Origin: Macrostomum lignano
Lineage: Eukaryota
Assembly (NCBI GenBank): GCA_002269645.1
Contig: NIVC01003621.1
Coordinates: forward strand, 23,014 to 87,013
Direction: 5' to 3'
DNA: 64,000 nucleotides
Numbering within the stretch: position 1 is the stretch's first letter; each line of letters begins with the position of its first letter. Positions 56,278 to 64,000 of the stretch are shown here, piece by piece. The translations under genes were made by a program, and so were the position numbers. The notes under the pieces were generated by a model. It made no database searches. It was given only the letters and a program-made list of their open reading frames with translations, and had not been told where the DNA came from.

Positions 56278-58236
56278 GCAAAGTGGCAGAGCAGGACTCA
56301 AGCGAGTTTTCAGAGTCCGATTGTGACTGCTGGTCAGAATCAGAGAGCGAAGATAATTGGTCTGAATCAAGTTCCGGGGCAGACTACTCGGAGAGTGATT
56401 TCGATGGGCTCTCTGAAACCGACACCAACAACACTAAGCAAGATTGTGCTAGTAGCGGTTCCAGTCTGATCGACACCGGCGGTGGTAGTGCAGGAAGCGA
56501 TACCGGTGGCGGCAGTGCAGGAAGCGACACCGGCGGCGGCAGTGCAGGAAGCGATACCGGTGGCGGCAGTGCAGGAAGCGACACCGGCGGTGGTAGTGCA
56601 GGAAGCGACACCGGCGGCGGCAGTGCAGGAAGCGATACCGGCGGCGGCAGTGCAGGAAGCGACACCGGCGGCGGCAGTGCAGGAAGCGACACCGGCGGCG
56701 GCAGTGCAGGAAGCGACACCGGCGGTGGTAGTGCAGGAAGCGACACCGGCGGCGGCAGTGCAGGAAGCGACACCGGCGGCGGCAGTGCAGGAAGCGACAC
56801 CGGCGGCGGCAGTGCAGGAAGCGACACCGGCGGCGGCAGTGCAGGAAGTGAACTCAGCTTGATCGAAAACAACGGTGCCAGCAATATTCATCCTTATCGT
56901 GAGTCAACAACATTTTTAATTTCAGCCTTAAGTTATTTAATTCCTGGGTGCATTCGAAGTTTTGTATTTAAAAATCGAGAAATTCGATTTAAGTGTGCTT
57001 ATTGAGTCTAAATTTCATTATCATGGAATACCATCTTTTGAGTAACAGAAAATAAGCAAAGCTGTTAATTTTTCATTTTAGACATTCAGCAAGTAGCAAG
57101 TGCGCACAACGAAACTCTGGTGGTGTATCGAATTTCCGTGCCAAGCGATGCACCATGTGACCCATTTGAACTCGCCCGACGGAGCAGGGAAGCAATACAG
57201 CGAATTGTATTCGAGAAGATGGTGAATCCAAATCTTTTAGTTAGAGCGCAGCTAAAAATGAGCATCCGAATGAACAGAATCCAAGCTGGTGAAGTGGTGA
57301 ACCAGGAAGAAAGATGGGTAAGCACTCGTTTGCAACCTGTCAATGACGCCGCTTGCTTTGATGATTGGTGGAAGCAGCAGATTGATGGTTGCGAAGGCAT
57401 CATTGAGAAGATGAACACAAATGGCAGTGGTTGGGTGATTGTGCGCGTCAACTGCATCGACTTGAATATTGCGGTTGGTCAAAGACTGCGCTTCTACTCT
57501 GGTCACGCAAGCAATTTTGAATTACCTCCTCTGCTGAAGGCAAAAAAGCCGTCATCAATCCTCCTAGTACTGGCTCTGATTGTTTTTTGTATGCCTGCCT
57601 TGCAGTGCTGCATCACGGTGATGAGAATTTGAGGAAAAACCCTCAAAGGCTTTCTACTTACAAGGACTGGTTGAACGATATCAATCTTTCAGGAATTTCC
57701 TTACCCGTTGGACTCAACCAGCTAAATCGAATCGAATTACTGAACCCGAGGTTATGTTTTGTAGTTTTTTCTTGGTCAAGCAGTAACGGTGTCAGTGTGC
57801 TGAGGCAGCCACGAGTTGAAGTCGCATGCAGTCGCAAAGTAGTTCTTCTCCTACTATTGAACAAATCAGCTAACAAGGATGAAGAGGATAAACACTGGTG
57901 CGGAATTGTGAGATAGGCTACTAAACAGTAAAAGCGGTCTTTACCACAGAAAATGGTGTGAACGCTGCTTGAGCTCTTTCGTAACTGATCAGAAGCTAAG
58001 TGAGCACAGAGAGCAGTGCTATCGCTCTAATGAGTTTGCTGTCAAGGAACGAGTTCCTACTGAGAAGCGCAGCGTGCTGTCTTTTCAAAACTACTTCAAA
58101 ACTATTGAAGCACCGTTCGCTATCTATGCTGATATTGAAGCATTTAATTCTCCGCTAGGCCCCCACACTCGAGAGGTCATGCATCAGAAGGTTGAGGAAA
58201 TGGAGGTCAGCGACAATGAGCAAGTCTGCAGCACAC

Positions 58237-58271
<35 letters not shown>

Positions 58272-60921
58272 CATGTACAAGCAAGACCAGATGAGGGCAT
58301 GGTAACTGGCAAAACCGTCTTTATTTCCGAGCATCTGCCTGCAGCGGGTGGATTTCTACTCGTTGCTCGTGAAGGCATGAAGGGACCACCACTCAAGGAT
58401 CAAGGTCATGTGAAGTTGGTCTCCAGTTCAAATCCATTGGAGTGTATGGAAACGTTTCTTCATGAGCTGGAACGCGTGGCTCGAGAAGTCTATGACTGGA
58501 ACAGAAGGCACAGCTACCAAACGGCTGAAGCAGACACTACTGCTAGTCAAATCTTCAGTGAATCCTCCAACTGTCATTACTGTGATCGACAGTTTACTGA
58601 CACTAATGACAAGCACTATGACCATGATCATCTGACTGGAAAATTCAAAGGCGCCGCATGTTCACGGTGTAACAAATTAGCGCAACTTCGCCGAAGATTT
58701 CTGCCGATTTTCTTCCATAATCTCCGAAATTATGACATGCACCTCCTGTTTTCAACAGCGTTAGGAAATATGAAAAACTGGAAGCTGAGTGTCATTCCTC
58801 AGACTTCTGAACGCTATATGTCTCTTCGAATAGATTTCCAATCGCCGAAATCACTCTACCGAAAGGCAAAAAGAAAACAATTTTCTTCACTCTGCAGTTC
58901 CTCGATTCATTCCAGTTTTTAAACGCGGGTCTAGACAAACTGATTCGCAACTTACCTCTCCAGGACAGAAAATTCACTCAGCAAATGAAAAGCTGCTTTC
59001 CAAAGTTAACTAATGAAACATTGTCTATCAAGGGAGTCTTTCCCTATGATTTCGTCAAATCCCCCGCGAATTTGGCAGTGACCGAACTTCCGAGCAGAGA
59101 AGAGTTTTTCAACTCTCTGACAAAGACAGCTTGCAGTGAGGAGAGCTGTGCTCATGCGCGCAAAGCCTGGGAGCAGATCGAAGCAAAAAATTTGCACGAC
59201 TACATGCTTGCCTACCTGCAGCTTGACATCCGTCAACTTGCCGATGTTTTCAGAACTTTCGCCGTTTGAGTCTCCATGATGACGGTCTTGACCCAGCCCA
59301 CTACTTTACTACACCAGGTCTATCATTTGATTCCGCGCTGAAATCCGCGCCAACACCGCTCCAGTTGCTCGACGATGCTGAGAAGTACAGACTCTTTGAG
59401 CTTGGCATTCGTGGAGGAATGACCTTCACGAACGTTCATCATGTTACTGCCGGACCAGTCACCAGTCACCAGTCGTCAGATGGTGCAGATTCATCAAGCG
59501 CAGCTTCTAATGCCGAGACAAATTCTTTGCTCCCCGTAGACATGAATAATCTCTACGGGCAAGCGCTGTCCGAAAAACTACCCGTCAGTGACTTTGAGTG
59601 GCTTAGTGAAGAAGAACTGTGTGAATGGACAGAAGAGAAGCTACTTAAATTGGATGACGATGGTCCAGTTGGCTACCTATTTGAGGTTGATTTGGAATAT
59701 CCAGATGTAATCCACACGCAGACACAAGATTTGCCATTTGCCCCCGAGAAGGCCGCGCCTAAGCTCGAAGAGTTTCCGCCATTCATGAAACGTCTTTGGG
59801 GCGAATTGAACACTCGCAACGAGCCGTACAAAGGCTGTGTGAAACTTTTACTCACATGTCATGACAAGGAATCCTACGTCGTACATTTCCGAATTTTGAA
59901 GTTCTACTTGCGTCACGGTATGCGACTAAAAAAGATCCGAAGAGCTATTCGATTTTGTCAAGCTGCAATTTTCCAAGCCTACATTGACAGAAACAGCAAA
60001 AAGCGCTCAGTGGCTACAACGGAATTCGAAAAAGACTATTACAAACTGAAGAATAACTCCCTGTTCGGCAAAACGATGGAAAACGTACGGAAGAGGCTCA
60101 GTGTTCGAATTTCTAACAACGAGGAGCAGTCCGAAATCTATTCATCGCGTCCGAATCTTAAGGACTTTACGATTGTGACTCAAGACTTAGTAGTTTTTCA
60201 ATTTTTCAAGACATCAGTCACTCTTGACCGCCCAATCTACGTTGGTCAATGTGTTTTAGATGACTCTAAGCTGGCGATGTACCGATTGTACTATGGAAAG
60301 CTAAAGCCAACATTTGAGAATCCTGCTCTCCAACAAGGAGTTTCCCTATGCGGTGGGGACACCGATTCCTTCTTTCTGTGCTTTAAAAACATCGATGTTC
60401 AGAGTGCTGTTCTACCAGAACTCATTCGCCAGCGATTGCTAGATACCTCAAACTTCCCGGCCGACCATCAATTCCGATCCGATGATCTAAAAGCCAAGTT
60501 AGGCTGCATAAAGGACGAATCTGCAGGCAACCCCCATCGTGAATGGATCCTTTTGAGACCAAAACTATACTCGATGAAGGCCGAGTCTGGAGGGAAGAAG
60601 GCAGCCAAAGGTGTTCAGAAGAGTGTGCTGCGGGCAGAAATCACACACGATGACTACATGCAGGCGTTTGCCAGTTTGAAGGAGCTTCGCGTCTTGACAC
60701 GCAGAATCGCTAGCCGACGACACAGAGTAGTCACTTTAGAGCAACAGAAGCGTGCTCTGACTGTATGGGAGGACAAGCGTGCGTGGACTTCCCCAAACCA
60801 AAGTCTTCCGTATGGGCACTTTGCTTTAAGAGACCCCTGCCGCCACAGCTGCCGCCGTTACAATCAAGAAGCACCTCAACTAGCTGCTGATCAGGCTCCC
60901 AAGCAAATGAGGATGCAATAA
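56278..60921 (+). CDS. polB: Protein-primed DNA polymerase B with endonuclease VII-like insert; predicted upstream exon; 4 frameshifts
   Basis: Motifs YADIE (Exo I), FFHNLRNYD (Exo II), DMNNLYG, KLKNNSLFGKT, GDTDS, and CHYC..DHDHLTGKFKGAACSRCN. Frameshifts near 57545, 57910, 58870 and 59257. A predicted intron 56899-57081 joins the acidic/GS-repeat exon in phase. Confidence 0.9.
56472..56849. repeat. 27-bp coding minisatellite (DTGGGSAGS x about 14)
   Basis: gacaccggcggcggcagtgcaggaagc units; variants are synonymous in the plus frame. Confidence 0.9.
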
Positions 60922-61276
60922 CATACATTTGACTAGTGCGTACTTTGAATTGAGCATTTGCTCAGCTTTGCATTTTGGTTTTTGGAACGCAATGTACATT
61001 TTGTCTGCATAAATGCTATAGTACTTTTCTTTAACGTGCCATTGCTTTTTCAAAACTTGCTTAACTTTTATGAGTGTTAGCATTTTCATTTTCTTTCTTT
61101 TCCTATGTTCTTTTAATATTAGTATCAATTTTCGCTGTGTTGCAGTTTGCTGACAATTTTTTTAGCATCTTTTGTAGCCAAAAAATAAAACTAGTAAACA
61201 AGGCATATTAAAGTTAAATTAAAGTTTTTTTCTGCTAGTTCTTGTCGGAAGATTAAAGACGGGTAATTATTGTGCT

Positions 61277-61861
61277 TTATTTTAGTTGCATAAGTGTGTT
61301 AACAGAGCGAAACAGGGAAGAACTGTCGGATTTTAGCATACGCAGAGATTTTGCCCCACTTAGAATATAAGAAGCATTATGAAAAAGCAAGCATTTACAA
61401 TACTTAAGTTGACAAACTAAAGCTGAAAATGTTTCTGGTTCATACTGGGCTTTGGGCAAAACTTTAACAAGTTCAGTAAGCGGTAGCGCATTTTGGAGCT
61501 TAAAACGTCCATGAGCAGTAATAGTTTTAATTCGAACACAAATAGTTTGATGAGGCAGCAGTTGATCCGGCACTCTCCGATGCAGCATAGCCATGAAGCG
61601 ACGGGCAGCCCTTTTGGCGTCTGCGTGGGTCTTGGCGCCACAGATGCTCAGTTGCCCAGTAGGGTAGAGTAGCAGAGTCACTCTGGGACTTCGCATCCGC
61701 TTGATGAGCACCCGGGGCCAGACGGGCCGGTAGATCACATGAGCCATGCTGAGAGCCAGTTCCCGTAGAGGCAGCTGGGCGCCCCTGCCACCATCCAGTC
61801 TCAGATCCACTCCGCCAACCAGATTGCTCACTCTTAGGGCTGTAGCTGCAGGTGGACTCAT
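61277..61861 (-). CDS. Divergent TATA-binding protein (TBP-fold) homolog inside the Polinton
   Basis: Two TBP repeats: VSNLVGGVDL..LPLRELA..VIYRP..MRSPRVTLLLYPTGQLSICGAKTHADAKRAARRF and LPLTELV..AQYEPETFSALV..CLLFHNASYILSGAKS. These align by eye with TBP LQNIV..[29 protein letters not shown]..AARKY and YEPELFPGLI..LLIFVSGKVVLTGAK. Intact and intronless; ATG at 61861. Confidence 0.85.
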   Translation of the reverse strand: MSPPAATALRVSNLVGGVDLRLDGGRGAQLPLRELALSMAHVIYRPVWPRVLIKRMRSPRVTLLLYPTGQLSICGAKTHADAKRAARRFMAMLHRRVPDQLLPHQTICVRIKTITAHGRFKLQNALPLTELVKVLPKAQYEPETFSALVCQLKYCKCLLFHNASYILSGAKSLRMLKSDSSSLFRSVNTLMQLK

Positions 61862-61934
61862 TTTGATCCTTGACTTCTTCACCAAATCTTCTGCCAACTT
61901 CACTGCCCCTGTGCCACGGACACTGCTCGCTTCT

Positions 61935-62376
61935 TAAGTTGATGCAGAACTTTGGCTTAAGCCAACTGTAGTGCAGCAATGAATTTCTCACTGCACAGCC
62001 AGTATCTGAATCTTTAATCGAGGGTGCTCCCAAATCTTCTAGGTTATAAACCTGTCTACCAAGCAGCTCAGTCAGGAAAATAGACTTCCTTTCCCCATTT
62101 GTCCATATCGGACCACTGGCAATCCTCAGAATGTCTTCCGCCAGTTCCATGTACGGACGGGTTCCATCACTCCACTTAAACTGGTGCAGACTCTTTGATA
62201 GCTGTCTGTAGCAAACTCGCATGTCAGTGAGACTCTCTCCATGGATACGGAGGTGCGTACACATGGTGAGCAATTCGGTAGCTTCCCGCTCTGACTTGAA
62301 CAACTGCCAACTCTTTCACAACAAATCTTTTGCTTGTGCTGTTGCACGGGAATCCTTGGAAGTCAATGTAGTTCAT
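61935..62376 (-). CDS. Conserved Polinton ORF with DEDD/DnaQ exonuclease-like motif; one frameshift near 62240
   Basis: MNYIDFQGF..FVVKELA..HHVYAPPYPW / ..LHQFKWSDG..IWTNGERK..VYNLEDLGAP..CAVRN. I recognise the pattern from Maverick ORFs. The 3' end is uncertain. Confidence 0.55.
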
Positions 62377-62500
62377 GATGCAGCTTTCCCTCGAAATTTC
62401 GGAGTCAGTCCCCTTCTTATATACTTTTCTGGCAGGCAGTTTCAGCCAGGCTGTGTTGCTCCCGTACCCCTTGACTAGACTCTCCTGTTCTTTCTCCAGT

Positions 62501-63095
62501 TCACTCCCTCTGCTGTTGCCATTTTTTTTTAACTGATTTACCAACAGCGGAAAGCGGAACATTAAGCTTTTTCTGCTGCAGCAAATCGATGAACTCGTTC
62601 CACCCAACTGGTTCACGCTCACATGGCGAATCCCTCACTGCGTGCTGAATCAAGTCCAGTATGTTTGAGGAAGGATTGACGTGCCTGTGATTTCCACCTC
62701 CCCGTTTTCACAAACTCGAATCAGCTCTGGATTGGTGGACAGGATCGTCCATAGACTGCGAGCCCTGGTTTTGAATTTCTGTGGCACCGACTTGCTGATC
62801 TTCTCATCCCAGGTGTTCATCTGTGGTGTCTCTGTTTTCATCAACTTGGCTTCAGTATTGCGTGCTCCTTCTTTTCCAGCGTGCTTGCGTCTGGCCAGCA
62901 AACTTTGCATTGCACTTTGATACATGGTGGTTTTCACATCTTCTGGACAATCTTCGGCATATACAAGATATCATCGCATTTCTTCTGAGCCTGCTTCAAG
63001 TTAGCGTCAGTGCTATTCTCATTTGGCTTCAAATTCTGCATCAACATCTCATACTCTGCTTTAGGAATCAGAACCATTTCTGAAAATTTGTTCAT
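62501..63095 (-). CDS. Conserved Polinton hypothetical protein, 2 frameshifts
   Basis: MNKFSEMVLIP.. / ..KISKSVPQKFKTRARSLW..GEVEITG / SSNILDLIQ..PVGWNEFIDLL..NVPLSAVGK*, reconstructed across three frames. Confidence 0.55.
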
Positions 63096-63398
63096 TTTGC
63101 TTCTTCTTCTTTACCAGCTTAAGCAGAATCGGGAGTATTTTAATGAAGCCAGCCTTCAACAAGTCTGTCTTTCTTCTTTTGTGAGTAATCTTTCGAATTA
63201 TCTCTTTTGACTTTGCAAGAACAGCTTTTCATCGAGCGAAAACGATATATTGTTTTGTAAGAGATTATGGCAGGCCTCGACAAGAAAATAACGCACTTCT
63301 TTTGGACAATTTTTTATCAACAGCCGCTTGAAGCGCACGGTATATTTAGGTGACGCAAGAACCGCAAAAATACTTGCATGTGAATCAAGCACTTCCAT
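63061..63398 (-). CDS. Small conserved Polinton/adintovirus protein next to the ATPase, one frameshift near 63205
   Basis: MEVLDSH..KRLLIKNCPKEVRYFLVEACHNLLQNNI..FLQS / KEIIRKITHK..LLKAGFIKILPILLKLV; basic and amphipathic. Confidence 0.5.
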
Positions 63399-63439
63399 AG
63401 CGATGAAAACAATAGCTGATAAAAACAAGCTTCACTTTC

Positions 63440-64000
63440 TTAAGCAAATACAAGATGGGGTCGCTGGTTGGGCAGAATTCTGGCCCGCACTCGCAGCTCA
63501 TCGGGAGTTGATGGGTGAAAGTCTAGGAACAGGTAAGGCTCCCCTGCCCTGCGCGGTCACGTGCTTGAACACTGACAGCAGAAAGCCGGGCTTCTCTGTA
63601 AAGCACTGCCTGCCCAGTGCTGCAATCTGCAGCTGGTCTCTGGGGTTTTTCAAGATAGCTAAGTACATTACATTCAAGCTCATTGTTCGCGACTCTTTTC
63701 CCTTAAAAAATATATTCTGAGTCAGCATCACCAAGAAGCACGGCAAGTGATGTGCGATTCCTGTGAAAAAATTTCGCATTGAAGCAGAGTTTGAAGTTTC
63801 CTCTATTAAGTCATCGAAAAACAACCAGGTCATTGGGCCTAAGTGCTGCCTCGATGTTGGTGGGAAATCCCTGGCGCAGCTGCACACCTAGGCTGCTCAG
63901 TTCTGCATGGCCTGCCTGTGAGATCCCATAGTACACAGAACTCTGCCAGGCTTCACATCAAACATGACGTCTCTGTACTGGATCAGGTGTTTGATGAAGG
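63440..64000 (-). CDS. A32/FtsK-like DNA packaging ATPase, 5'-truncated by the window, with frameshifts
   Basis: Walker B region NDLVVF/DDL, FFTGIAHH..FLVMLTQNIF, RTMSLNVMYLAILKNPRDQLQIAALGRQ, and C-terminal YLFLDFHPSTPDELRVRARILP after a shift. At least three frameshifts. Confidence 0.85.

Larger units (their letters stand above)
51558..64000. mobile_element. Polinton/Maverick (adintovirus-like) element, one arm, truncated by the window end
   Basis: Contains a protein-primed PolB, an A32/FtsK-like packaging ATPase and compact conserved ORFs, with a candidate AGTAGT terminus at 51558 and repeat-rich subterminal DNA. Integrase, capsid and protease genes are not in the window. The left boundary is inferred. 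Confidence 0.85.

Noticed and set aside
57540-59270. Programmed ribosomal frameshifting in polB
   Set aside because: Four shifts in one gene plus many in neighbouring genes, with no consistent slippery heptamer; errors or decay are simpler explanations.
61277-61903. The host's ordinary TBP or TRF gene
   Set aside because: It is intronless, highly divergent at near-invariant positions, and embedded among Polinton genes.
61527-61935. Long C-terminal extension of ORF 61527..62303 overlapping TBP
   Set aside because: It has no recognisable motifs and is probably an alternative-frame by-product of the TBP coding sequence.

Overview
Intron-rich eukaryotic DNA, probably a free-living flatworm such as Macrostomum. 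This is inferred from the flatworm-type paramyosin and the GC-rich exons in AT-rich, minisatellite-filled introns. Positions 1-50 kb are host genes: paramyosin (+, 10 exons), a two-exon zinc-ribbon gene (-), an SLC16 transporter (+, one GC-AG intron), TMUB (-), MKK4 (-), a frameshifted C-type lectin/PAN gene (-) and an inverted, convergent pair of F-type lectin/PAN genes. Many satellites, two SINE copies and a 57-bp hAT-type MITE lie among them. From about 51.56 kb to the window end is one arm of a Polinton/Maverick (adintovirus-like) element. It has a candidate AGTAGT terminus, a 58-bp subterminal array, a Cys/His- and Gln-rich ORF, and a protein-primed DNA polymerase B that appears to be spliced to an upstream exon. 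On the opposite strand are a divergent TATA-binding-protein homolog, a DEDD-like ORF, two conserved ORFs and a packaging ATPase cut by the window edge. The element-encoded TBP is the most unusual feature. All calls come from manual reading and translation; no database searches were run.
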